DNA of 64,000 nucleotides from Oculina patagonica (Eukaryota): NCBI RefSeq assembly GCF_052425735.1, contig NC_135760.1, positions 12,524,001 to 12,588,000 of the forward strand, read 5' to 3'. Shown piece by piece: positions 26,431 to 38,710 of this stretch (position 1 is its first letter; each line of letters starts with the position of its first letter). The notes under the pieces were generated by a model. It saw only the letters and a program-made list of their open reading frames with translations, ran no database searches and was not told where the DNA came from. The position numbers and the translations under genes were made by a program.

Positions 26431-28606
26431 TGTTGAATTACTTGCATCTGTTAATGAAAAGTGCAATGAAAAGAATAAGTATGATTTGGAAAGTACAAAC
26501 TAATTCGTTTCCCGATAACAAAAACGATGATAACAAATAAACGTATTAGTGCATTCCGCTACTACCAACTATTGTATCTACGCCCATGCCGGTTACTGTC
26601 ACCACTTTGCCAAGAACACGCAATGACACGTTAAACCGAGATATCACGGATGAATGGAGAACGTTTCACGCGCAAATGAAACTTTTATTAAATCACGGTC
26701 ATTTCACTAGTTGAAATAATAGAGCCGTATTTACAGAACAGATAACCCCTGCATTTTTCATTCGTTTCCACGTTTTGACGCAGACGTTAAACGTGCCTCT
26801 CAAACGTTTAAGTGACTTGTATCATGTACTGAGGAGTACAGACTAACAGGTAGAACGCATTGTTCAAGCATTCCACTCGAAAATACAATTGAGATCTAAA
26901 GGAAGTGGCATGAAAGCGAGAGCACACTATAATATCAACCGGGACATAGCAAACACGTTCTGTACCTAAAATAATCATATAGACGTTAAGTTGACCAAGT
27001 GGGTATATTGGGCGTTTTGCACTTTTCTAAATTTTTGTTATATAGCAGGGGTTTCCTCCTTAAATACGTTTGCGTCACAGTTAGAAATTTAGTGACTCGT
27101 GACTTCGCAACAGTATTTATAACAGCAAAAAGTGTCACTTAAAAGTGCCAAGGAAAAATGCTCGTGCGTAACTTTGGACAGAATTTCAATGTTCGTCGCG
27201 TTGTCTTCCGTTAATTGCAATCGAAAACTGGTCGTTATACGTAGAAATCCAATCGTTATATCAAAATTCGTTTAAGACAAGATTCTTTCCATTCAGTTTG
27301 AGGCACAAATGTCCGGTTACACAAGATTTTCTCCTCATATCAAGGTTCCACTAATAATCCACGAGAATCGGGGCAATCACAGTCAATATCGACACAAAAT
27401 AACCTGCTGATCGAGCACCGATTGACAGTTTAACAAGACACAGGAAAGAACGTCAAATGAAGCAAGATGAATTCTTCTCATTTTAAGTGTATAGTTAAAA
27501 ACTAAGACAGACTCACCTCAAAATCAGATAATTTAAAAGCATTTCAGCCCCCTGGTATAGATGCTACTTTGTCCGAAAACTTCCGATCGAAGAGAAATTT
27601 GAACTAATTTAAGGTGACCGCCATAGTTCTGATCATTAAACATTTATAAATAGCAAGGTTGGTTGACTTTCACCTAACTTAAGCGTTTTAACTTCATCTA
27701 ACGTCATGGATAAACTTAAAAATAGCACTGAAAGGGGAAAAGAAAGAAGAAAGAGAAAATGATTGATCAAAGTTGGGAAAAGATATTTAACGCCATAGTA
27801 AGCGAAGACAAGGATCCTTGTGTTATGAACATGTTTATTTACACTTCCTGGCTCTCAGAATGTCATCTTGGAACATTGAACTTAAAATTGCATAATTGTT
27901 CTGTGGGTGTTTTCTCGCTTATTTAGCTCAAGTTTATGTGTGCAAATCAGTTATTCTTTAAAAGTACTCAAAGCATAGTAAACATTTATCATTTCTCGTA
28001 CTTTAAAACTAGAGAACAGATAATTGTATAAATAAGGCAATCGCCGTATTTGATAAGTGAAAATCAGTGAAAAAGAAACATCACTTTCAATATGAAAATA
28101 AGTGCAAGCAGTACCGTATTAGCGTAACATAATAATGTCCCTTTTATACCTTTGACTATCATTATATCAACTCGTCAGAAAATGACTTTCACGGCATATT
28201 AGTCCAGTTTCCTTAAAATGCAAGGTGATTACAAAATGGCGCCATTTTCAGGGAAGTCAGTTTGAAAGGATAAAGAAGAGTAAGAACAATCCCTATTTAA
28301 ACAGACAAGAGACGTGCTATTTAAATTTAAACTCTCATTAGTCTGTCTCAGCCATGTATTCCAAGTTTAAGAATGTGTTCGCCAACTAGAACAGTCCGGC
28401 CTCCCTTTGATCAGTTTGCATATTCTCATAGCCTGTGTAAAGCCATTTGAAAGCACAGATATCCTGACAGTTTTTTCATGAGTCAGCAACAATGTGTTCA
28501 TAAATCTTCCTGTTACTTTCCGACAGTGTAAAGTCAATACAGACTGTTCTCATATGCTTAGTCCAGTTCGGGAATGAAATCATTTTAATTCCAATGATAC
28601 AAGTTA

Positions 28607-30142
28607 TTAAAGACGCCTTGTTTTCCCCATGCGCACGCGCCGTACATTCCCGCGCACCACTAGCTGTCCACGTTTGGTTTGGTGCAAGTCATTCCGTCTA
28701 CGGAATATCGACGAATATGCATCGTTTACGTTTCTACTGGGACTGACAACGTTTTGCCGCAGAGCTCGCGGGCTGTTCCCAGGGGGGTAATACAAAGCCA
28801 CAACAAAGATATCATTGCTCAATGTCCCTTTTCTCTGCGCGCAGCCCATTCCAATATCCCGGGTCTCTTTCCAGATAACTTGAGTGAATGAGTCAGTGTT
28901 ACTGTTAAGTCGTGGATCTGCGTAGCTGTAGTTATTACCCTGATTGTACCAAATCTTTGTAGCCTCTTCTCCAGCCGTCTCGCAGTCGAAATTAACTGCG
29001 GATAGCTTGGCTCGATTCTCGCCAAACAGATCTATACCTGGTACTTGAATGGTTCCTTTGAGCGCCATCTTGTACGCGAGTTTCTGAGCCTGTATCGCTA
29101 GTTTGTCGGACCATTTTAAAGGAGCAACATGATGAAGACCGCGAAAATTGTTGTGTTCTTCGAATCCATGACGAGCAAATGTGATGAATTTGCCTGGAAT
29201 ATAAATCAGAACTTAAGATATTTACTGAACTGTTTAGGAATGCAAACTGAGAATAGTGTACACTTTTTACAACTACCGTAGTAATGTACAAAATCAGTAC
29301 CTTAATTTGCTTGGAACTGTGACCAAGCAATTGATGGCCTCAGGGAAGTTGGGGTGGGGGGGGGGGTTATTTTTTCTTTGTTCCCAACAAGATTTTCCTT
29401 GTGTTTCCATGTTCCTTAAAAGTATTTCTTCCATTTTGGTGTTCCCTGTGTTCCCTAAAACATGCTTTTTGTTCCCGTGTGTCATCAGTTATATTTTCCT
29501 TTTTTTCCCAAGTTCTCAAAAAGTTAATGGCCATGTTCCCTTGTTCCCTGAAATCCCTGGGCGAGCCTTGCAATTCTCCTTAGGAGAATTGAGTCCTTAC
29601 TTATGTTTTACGTATACTGAGTAGAGAGAATTTGTTGGTTCATCAAGACGATATCCTCTGATTGACGAGATTCCATGTACTCGACACGTGCTTGAGAATG
29701 TATCATGACCTTCGTGCTACTACCGGAAGATCTTAGATGTTGATTACCCATTTATATCTAGTAGCTGCAAGTCAAGTAATTTACAAGCTTGTTGACGACC
29801 ACAAAGTGGAAAACTGACAAAATTACATACTTTTCAGCAATCCGTTAAGATCCCTTTGTTGTGCTGTACTCTGCACATTTCCAGAGGCTAGAGAACCTAT
29901 CAGGAAAACACATATTTACATGAAGTTATATTTGCAGCACTAAGACAAGTACAGCTCAACATGTTAAGAGTGTGTCAGTTTAAAGGGAAATTATTCTACT
30001 GCAGCAAAAACTGAAAATGCAATATCACAAGTAAGCATGTTGTTTCAGTAAGAAATATTACCTATAACGGTATTTACTTACATTGGATGTGTAGAAGGCT
30101 CGTCACGATTAAACACGTTACAATCCTAAACTCCCGGAACAT
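28607..30142 (-). CDS. Secreted CAP/SCP-domain protein (GAPR-1/GLIPR2-like), paralogue B (~237 aa)
   Basis: Exons (-): 30142-30082 (signal MFREFRIVTCLIVTSLLHIQC), 29896-29831, 29193-28607. Motifs HNNFRGLHHVAPLKWSDKL, GENR, WYNQ, SFTQVIWK..GMGCA, FVVALYYPPGN. Confidence 0.88.
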
Positions 30143-30939
30143 GAGTTAAGTTTCTGATAGCTGATGGCTAAATGCAATAATCTTTCGATCTGCAAAGATA
30201 CAATTATAAAGGCAGAATTAGCGAAAAGGGCTTATTAATTAAGATTTTGAAGATCACTTCAACCAGTTATAACTGAAGTGACTGTTTTACATCCGCATAC
30301 CTGAATATTATTGTTACGCCAATTCAAGAAAACAGTGACAAAATTGTTGTTTTCTCTTACCTTTATGCATGAAAGTTCAACAAGAAATCAGAACCATGTT
30401 ATCAAGTCCAAAACTGACGAGGATACAGCATTAATCAGCGAAATACGACGTCGAAATATTTGGTCAGTTTCTACGTTAAGATCGAATCTTCTGTTTTGTG
30501 CGGTTTTTCTAAAACCACCCAGAAAACAAGGGCAACAACATTGATGAAAAATCCTTCTGTAATTGTTATGAAGTCGTCCGTTGTTTTGTCTTCATCTAGC
30601 TTATTCTAAAACATAGCAAATCGGTAGTTCTTTCGCTGCGTTGTAATAAATAATTCAGTGTAAGTTGAAATTTAACAACCTAACTCAGTTATGTCACCTG
30701 GTGTCCGTCTGGTTGTTCTATTTGTCAAAACTGTTGGTGAATTAACGAACACTGGTTTCTCCATTGAAGGGTTTCACACTTATGCTTGTCGATACATCGG
30801 AAAATAAGCTGTGCACCTAGCGGGAGGGGGCGGGGCACAATGTAGAAAATTTAGACAAAAGGTGGGGGGGAGGCGATAAAATTTAAGGCAGAGCGCAACC
30901 TACCCCCATACCCACATCACAACCCTGATTTCAAAATAG

Positions 30940-33900
30940 ATGCGTACCCCTCGCCCACCCCGATCCCCCTTAATCCGTTCATGCAACGATCGATACTCTT
31001 CCTCTTGCCTAGTTGTCGTAAATCGTAATGGCTTCCACAAAGCAAGACACCTGCTTCTACCTAACTGCGTGGCAACATTTCAAATCTCGCGGCTTATACT
31101 ATCGGGGGACATATCCACGAATCCAGGACCTCCTACCACCGACAACCAAGTAAATGAGAGCAAAGACCACCTAAATTTCAAACTCAATAACAAAGGACTC
31201 AAAGTGTGCCATCTTAACGTACGATCTCTCCCGGCCCACCTTGATGAGATTCAAGCTCTCATACAAGTCAACGGCTTCGACTTATTTCTTATGACCGAAA
31301 CCTGGCTCAACTCTACATGGGAGGACAACCTAATCAATATTGATGGTTATGATATTTTCCGCTGCAACAGGATAAACAGAGGAGGCGGTGCCGCTATATA
31401 CATCAAGAATTCTCTTATATGTAAAAGAGTCTTTCTTCTAGACGACACATGCAGCACTGAGTATGTGTGCCTGGAAGTTAAACAACACTGTACAGGACCA
31501 CAGATGGCTTTCATTGTTTTATACCGCCCTCCAAACTCACCCGCGCACTGTTACAATAATATCACAAAGTTAATACAAGCAGCATCGTATCGCTACAATG
31601 AAGTTATTGTGGCCGGCGACTTCAACATCGACCTGCTCAAAAATACGGACGAAAGGCTATCCAAGATATTCCTAGACGCAGGTTTAGAGCAGATTGTTAA
31701 ATGTGCTACGCGTGTATCTGATGGAACTGAGACGTTGATCGATCATGTTTACACTACACATCCTCACAGAATAACTGATATCAAAGTGCCTGTGTATGGT
31801 CTTACGGACCACTACCCAGTGTGTTTTGTACACAAGGCTGGCAGAGGTAAACGAAGAAAAAACCACCACGAATCAATAACGTACAGAAACTTCAAGCATT
31901 TCTGTCGTGAAACGTTTATTAATGATTTAAACACTGCTCCCTGGTCATTACTTGATGTTTTCCATGATGTTAATGACAAACTTGACACTTGGAATTCTTT
32001 ATTCATGAGCATAGTGGATCAACACGCACCCATTGTGACTCGCAGAGTGAAAAACAAAGAGCTGAATGAATGGATGACCCCAGAGATTTTGGAACAAATA
32101 CGCATCAGAGATCAACTCAAATCACGCAGCAAAACTGATGTACTCGCCAGAACAATGTACAAACAAATAAGAAATCGCGTCGTTAAGCTTATCGCAAACG
32201 CCAAGTCCAATTACTTCAAACAAAAGATCATGGAAAATAAACACGATGTAAAAAATCTGTGGAAGATTTTAAAGCGCGTCGCACCAACAAAGCCGACAAA
32301 AAAGTCACCAGCGTACATCGAAGTTGATGGAGCGCAAATATCAAAACCTGAGGAAATGGCAAACGCTTTCAATCAGTACTTCACGTCCATATCAGCCCCT
32401 ACAGCATCGGACAATATAGATTCCACTGAATTTGAAGCTCTATTAAGCGAGTTTACAGAAAGCGGATCATTCAATACACCACCTCCCTTTGAAATACCAC
32501 CTATTACCAGGAATATTATAGAACAGGACCTCAGAAAGATCTCACTCAACAAAGCAACAGGTCTGGATGAAATAAGTATCCGCCTACTAAAGTCAGCCTT
32601 GCCGGCGATATCTCCAAGTCTTGAAAACATCTACAATGCAAGTATTTCAAGTGGTATCTTCCCGGATGCGTTTAAAAAAGCCAAGGTAACTCCTGTTCAC
32701 AAAAAAGAATCAACTCACCAAAGAGGCAACTTTCGTCCAATCTCGGTCTTGCCGATACTCTCGAAACCTCTCGAAAGACATGTATCACTAGCATTCCACG
32801 AACACTTGAAAACAAATAAGCTGCTTTACATCAACCAATCAGCTTACAGAGCCAATCACTCCTGTGAAACTGCTCTTCTTAACATTACCGACAAATGGCT
32901 GAAAGAAATGGATAATAGTAAACTTGTTGGAACTGTCTTTATGGACCTTAGTAAGGCCTTTGACCTAGTTAATCACGATATTCTTCAATCCAAGCTTTCT
33001 AAATACCATATAAGCCCTAAAGCCCTAGAATGGTTTACTTCATACCTCTGCAACCGCTCACAGCAATGCTCCATGTCAGGTTCATTGTCCAGCCCTCTAG
33101 AACTCAAACTAGGGGTCCCATCTACATCAACGACCTACCACTATCACTTAAGAAAGCCGAAGTAGATATCTACGCAGACGACACAACAATCTGGTCAAGT
33201 GGTAATACTTGTGAGGAGATCCAACAGAAATTACAGGATACGTTAGACAGTGCAGGAAAGTGGTTTAAAGCTAATGGTATGATGCCAAACACAACAAAGA
33301 CCAAACAGTTACTAATTGGTACAGCCCAGAAGGTCTGTCATGCAGACAAAAACTCTCTGGATCTGTTCCTGAACAACACCAGGCTAGACGAAGCCACTGA
33401 TGAAAAGATTCTCGGAGTAAAGATTGATAAACATTTAAAATGGGACAAACACATTGACTATCTAATTAGTAAACTAAATTCCAGAATTTGTCTCTTAAAG
33501 CGTGCAAGATGTTATTTAACAACTCATTGTAGGAAGCTGCTATATAATGCCATAACTATCAAGCCTATCCTTGAGTACTGTTGCACTGTCTGGGGTAATT
33601 GCTCCAATGAGAATTTAATTAGACTACTAAGAATCCAAAAACGGTGTGCACGATTAATACTTGATGCTAAGTTCTCTGATAACTCTGTGAAGTTATTTAC
33701 TAAATTAGGATGGCTCCCCATAGACGATATTATACGTAGCAGAAAGCTTTATCTATTACATAAGATTAGTTTTGGACACTGTCCAGATTATTTCATTCCA
33801 TATATACATCATCTAAAGGACACGCATAGCTACAACACCAAAGCTACAACAAAGAACAACGTAGTTATTCCTAAATACAAAAGAATTTCAGGTGGCAGGA

Positions 33901-34333
33901 CCTTTCACGTCAGCGCAACCCGCCTCTGGAACAATGTTGACGTCTCTATTCGTAATGCTGCATCGCACAAACAGTTTACAGGAAAACTACACCATACGCT
34001 ACTAAAACAAAATGCTGGACTAGAACATTTTAAAATCAGTAGCACTTTTTAGCTCTTAGTGTATTAAATTAAGTTTAAATTTTTATCATTTAGTTAGGTT
34101 TATATAGAACATTTTAAAATCAGCAACATTTTTTAACATTTTTTAGTTCTCATTGTATTGAATTAAGTTTAAATTTTTATCACTGTCTTAAGTATATAAC
34201 ATGTAGTTAGGTTTATAATATGTAGTTAAGTATGTATTATGTAATTAATTAGGGAGGGCCATATTGCAAACTACTGGACCACCAGTAAATTATGTTACCC
34301 TCGTTAAATAAAGTCTTTATTATTATTATTATA
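30940..34333 (+). mobile_element. Non-LTR retrotransposon (CR1/L2-like LINE) ORF2: APE endonuclease plus reverse transcriptase, one frameshift, 5'-truncated
   Basis: Endonuclease motifs HLNVRSL, TETWL, YRPP, GDFNID, LIDHVY, TDHYPV. RT motifs FRPISVLP, DLSKAFD, YADD (33171-33182). The ORF is split into 30940-33165 and 33030-34052 by loss of QGSxLGPxLF at ~33120. The 3' end is AATAAA plus a (TAT)n tail at 34307-34333. The exact 5' boundary is uncertain. Confidence 0.95.
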
Positions 34334-34953
34334 GTTCCTAGGCCTCTATTTTCGTCGCGGTCACCGAAACGAGTAGTGACGTCAGTAATACCGTGAAGGC
34401 CTGGGAAAAAAACTGCACAGGAACTAGGCAACTCTTCCTCTACTTTAGTGGAGGGAAAATCAGTGTTGGCAGTTAACTTAAGACTTACAAAGCCGTTGCT
34501 CTTCGCAGCACACTGTGTTTTTCACTTTTCAACTAGACACAAGAAGAAAGCGGAGTCTGGGAACGACAGCGTAAACACGAATGACTGATGACAAACAACA
34601 ACGACATGAACAAACCTTATCTTTCCCCTTTTGGTGTTATAGATATATTTACAAGTACAAAATTAGTAATTTATAATAAAGATAGAAAAAGAGGGGTCTG
34701 GCTACCTGAAATAACTAGAAAAATAAACAAGGCAGGCTGCCAGATTTACAAAAATATGTGCTGGAAAAGAACGCTGCCGCTTTTTCGCTGAACTATTTCG
34801 CATTCAATCACGCGGGCAACTGCCATGGTTTGTTGTGCGCTTATTCCTTTCAGTTCAAACTTTTTATAGGCGCTAACTCCGGGTTACATTTATACTGTCT
34901 GACGGAAGACTGGGGCTTTTACAAGCGAGCAAACTAAATACAGCGACATTTTT

Positions 34954-35340
34954 GAGATTCAACCTCCAAGTGAGTCTTTCTGAAGAAATATAGCATGATA
35001 AATTTTGCATTAACTGAAAACATCGGAAAAAAATTCCGAGTTCCAGATGGGATTTGAACCCACGACCCTCTGTGATCTAGTCGGATGTTTTTGGAGTCCA
35101 ACCCCTAAGACTCACTTGGAGGTTGGATGGTTGCATCTCAGGTATGCTTCAATTAATGTGACTGCGCGATGCAGTTATGAGTCATGTGCCTGTCTTGATT
35201 TGACTATGTGACTGCGTGATGCGGTTCTAAGCCCACATTTCACCCTTGCACACCATAGAGTCTCCAGTAGCTCAGTGGAAGAACATCCGACTAGATAACG
35301 GAGGGTCGTGTGTTCAAATCCCATCGGGGCTATATTTTTT
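34954..35340. mobile_element. Rearranged tRNA-related repeat with interleaved inverted segments
   Basis: tRNA-like module TAGCTCAGTGG..GTTCAAATCCC at ~35262-35330. An inverted copy of its 3' part lies at 35046-35089. A second inverted pair is at 34960-34978 / 35107-35125. Confidence 0.7.
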
Positions 35341-35748
35341 GAGATTGAACTAATAATATAAAACTTGCAGATCCTCGCAAAGCTAGCGCTGGAAACTCAC
35401 TCGAGAAGCAAGAAATTACACTTGCAATAATGCGCGCAATTCCGTGCGCTGTTCTAGCTGAAAACTTGGACAAAAACTCGTATCATCTGCAGTTTAACTT
35501 TGATAGCTTGAAACATCACCGAAAATCTTTGATAATGATCCCGACTGCTAAGATCCTTTTTTAACTTGGCTCTTGTAAGCAGTTACTTACTCCTAATGAT
35601 TTATGTCGTCTTGCACGTCAGTAAAAGTCATCTTAAACATTTTTTTTTGCTGAAACTCTATAATAGAAATGATAAAAAATTTTAATGCATTTGTGTTTTT
35701 GGAACAAAATGGTCAAAGTTTGGTATAAAATGACTCAAATTCAAAACT

Positions 35749-37128
35749 TTAGCACCAACGTAAAAATGACAAGATTTCCCCGGGTACTTCTTGTCGTGTC
35801 AGGTTACGAAAAGCATAATGTTTTGTGACTGCCACCCGACAGAGGACCTTTAACTCGGCGGGTGAGTTATCCATTTTATACAACAACAAATTAGAGACAT
35901 CTTCACTGTGATTCTCCTTGTTCCTCCGCCACGAGTGAGCGACCATTATCTGGTGACCGCTTGGTGAAATAGAGAAAAGTATGTTGTTGTCTGTTTCTTC
36001 ATCGCGATGAATTCGCACCAATTCCTCTGCATCAAATTTGGCTTCAGGTTTTGAAACATTAACTGTGTGTTTCAGAAACACTGTCAGTTGTCTTCCGTTG
36101 TAATCAACGCCACTTTGAGAAATCGCAAAATAGTTGTCGTGAGGTGATAGACAAAGCTCTTGGTTATAAGATGGCAAAGCTAAATCGATTTCTTGAACTA
36201 AAGCCCCTGAAGTGTTCCATATAAACACAGACTTGAATTCTTCGACACCATAGCCATTGTCTGCGTGTCCACTGCACAGTGTTAGAAAAAAATTTCCCCC
36301 AAGGGAGTATTTTGCATCAGCCACATAGTACACCCCTTTCAATTCTGTATCTCCAACGACTGTGAATGAATTAATTTCCAGAATTACTAAATAAATGTAA
36401 GAATAAAGCGATGAGGCCTCTCCAATAATAGCCATGTCTTGTTGATCAGGGTGGAAGTCTACCGACGTCCAAATAAATGGCAGGTTTTCATAAACCATTA
36501 GTTCCATTTCATCACTCCGGATATAGCGGACACAGTGCACTTCAAAACGACTTGATTTGTGGCTTATTTCTTTCACCGCCATCTCAAACAAGATGAATTT
36601 TCCATCATTCAGGAATACACTCAGCCAGTAGCGACCATTACGTAGTGATGAAGCCTTCATAAAGCTGATGCTCTCTTCAGTCGGACTGCAGTAGAGCTTG
36701 TCCAAAGTTACCTCGACTTCTTCCTGCAGTTCGTCTTCTTCTCCTTCGTATTCACAAGGGCACGAAAACACGAAAGCGGAACTTCGGTAGTCTGCTAAAC
36801 GAACGAAAACGTTCAATAGCGGATAACTATCGGTTGTTGCTAATTCACAAACAATTTCTACCATAGGGCTCTGGGAGATCAAATTATAAGAAACCTGCCT
36901 CTCCATTTGTCCAGACTCCAGAAGTTTCAATCCAACTTCAACCTGCTTTGTAGCACCCTGGTAAAAGACATTTCCTGTGAGATCCGACGTGTAAACGATG
37001 GCTAAGAGGTTAAAATTTTCATGAACTATCCAAACAAATTTGTCATTTGGTTTGAAGTAAATGGGGACTTCTTCTTGCGTAAGAAGTTCAACGGCTCCTG
37101 TGTTCGCCATCGTACGTATATTGAGCAT
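35749..37128 (-). CDS. Intronless protein, predicted beta-propeller-like body with a C-terminal SOCS/BC-box (459 aa)
   Basis: Open 459-aa ORF. WD-like strands (SVDFHPD, AKYSLGG, VFIWN, LCLSPHD, FSISPSGHQIMV). The C-terminus PAELKVLCRVAV...EVPGEILSFLRW matches the SOCS-box pattern. Confidence 0.8.
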   Translation of the reverse strand: MLNIRTMANTGAVELLTQEEVPIYFKPNDKFVWIVHENFNLLAIVYTSDLTGNVFYQGATKQVEVGLKLLESGQMERQVSYNLISQSPMVEIVCELATTDSYPLLNVFVRLADYRSSAFVFSCPCEYEGEEDELQEEVEVTLDKLYCSPTEESISFMKASSLRNGRYWLSVFLNDGKFILFEMAVKEISHKSSRFEVHCVRYIRSDEMELMVYENLPFIWTSVDFHPDQQDMAIIGEASSLYSYIYLVILEINSFTVVGDTELKGVYYVADAKYSLGGNFFLTLCSGHADNGYGVEEFKSVFIWNTSGALVQEIDLALPSYNQELCLSPHDNYFAISQSGVDYNGRQLTVFLKHTVNVSKPEAKFDAEELVRIHRDEETDNNILFSISPSGHQIMVAHSWRRNKENHSEDVSNLLLYKMDNSPAELKVLCRVAVTKHYAFRNLTRQEVPGEILSFLRWC

Positions 37129-37324
37129 GTTTTGAAACTTCTTTGTGTTTTATGTGCTTCCGCGAAGCAAACTGAACCCTCAAATGTTTGGATTTCCTAG
37201 AAAACCTTGACTTCCGCAATAAATGTTTTCACGTATGTTATGTTGGCGAGATTCCAAGGTCATGAAAGAGGCAGTGCTCTGCCCTGTATTGCATCTTTTT
37301 TGTTCATGCTGTCGCTGCCGGTAT

Positions 37325-38066
37325 AGCCTGGCTCACACTTGCGATACAAAAGTAAGAAAAAACACGTGTGAATTAGCCCAACGCAAACACAAGCCCATTT
37401 CTTTCACCTGGTTTGCGTTTACATTTTCGTTACGGTATTCCACGCGTGTGTTACTTTGCGTTTACATTTTCGTTACGGTATTCCACGCGTGTGTTACTTT
37501 GCGTTTACATTTGCGTTACGGTATTTCACGCGTGTGTTACTTTGCGTTACGGTAGTTCACGCGTGTGTTACCTTGCGTTACGATATTTCACGCGTGTGTT
37601 ACCTTGCGTTACGGTAGTTCACGCGTGTGTTACTTTGCGTTACGGTAGTTCACGCGTGTGTTACCTTGCGTTACGATATTTCACGCGTGTGTTACCTTGC
37701 GTTACGGTAGTTCACGCGTGTGTTACTTTGCGTTTACATTTTCGTTACGGTATTCCATGCGTGTGTTACTTTGCGTTACGGTAGTTCACGCGTGTGTTAC
37801 TTTGCGTTACGGTATTCCACGCGTGTGTTACTTTGCGTTTACATTTTCGTTACGGTATTCCACGCGTGTGTTACTTTGCGTTTACATTTTCGTTACGGTA
37901 TTCCACGCGTGTGTTACTTTGCGTTTACATTTTTGTTACGGTATTCCACGCGTGTGTTACTTTGCGTTTATATTTGCGTTACGGTATTTCACGCGTGTGT
38001 TACCTTGCGTTACGGTAGTTCACGCGTGTGTTTCCTTGCGTTTGCATCGCACGTGTGAACCAGGCT
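37325..38066. mobile_element. PIF/Harbinger-like MITE carrying an internal tandem array
   Basis: TIR AGCCTGGCTCACACTTGCGAT / ATCGCACGTGTGAACCAGGCT. 3-bp TSD TAT at 37322-37324 and 38067-38069. Confidence 0.85.
37412..38043. repeat. 31/43-bp minisatellite, 17 units with a CACGCGTG core
   Basis: CACGCGTGTGTTACYTTGCG starts at 37441, 37484, 37527, 37558, 37589, 37620, 37651, 37682, 37713, 37756, 37787, 37818, 37861, 37904, 37947, 37990 and 38021. Confidence 0.97.
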
Positions 38067-38710
38067 TATCCCCAGCATGTTTTCCATGAAATCTTTCTTG
38101 GTTTGTAACAAGGAAGTAGAAATCTGCTTTGATTCGCGCGCTCGTTGGCTCACACACATGTTAATTGGAAGTGCCTGGAAACTTGTTCATACTTGACCAT
38201 GGACTATCCTGGATAAAGGTGAGTTACGTGGAAGAAGAAGAAGAAAAACACCTTGAAAAAAAAAGAACAAAAATAAAGACCTTGGTTCCCGCACTGTACT
38301 TCTTCCAGCGTATCTTCTACACGGAAGTATAGAAATTCAAATGGGCCTAAAATCGCTCATATTACATGAAAAGTGTTTTTATTATTCAGTTACTCACTTT
38401 TATTGGATCTAAGAATCTTCAGTTTGAAATTTGCTCCTGATTAATATGCAAATAATACGCTTGGGTTTCCTATTCAAAAAATCAAAGGCTTGCTGTTTCG
38501 TATAACAGAGTTCTTATCCCTGTATTTTATATATTTTCCCAACAAAAAGCTTACAATATGATCGCAAAGCAGGCAAGATAGGGTTTTCTTCCGCAACTGA
38601 CGGGAGTACCCCTAGAGTCCTATCGGATTTCAGACGATGCTTGGGCTCATAGGGAACTGGGCACGAGGATTCATGCTGTTTTACATGACGTCTCACTTGA
38701 AGAGTGAAAT

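Noticed and set aside
30414-30452. Hammerhead ribozyme-like CTGACGA...CGAAA
   Set aside because: Helices II and III do not pair convincingly.
37412-38043. CRISPR-like appearance of the regularly spaced repeat
   Set aside because: The intervening sequences are themselves repeated variants rather than unique spacers. There are no cas genes, the context is eukaryotic, and the array lies inside a MITE.
37223-38089. Five overlapping plus-strand ORFs
   Set aside because: They are translations of the minisatellite.
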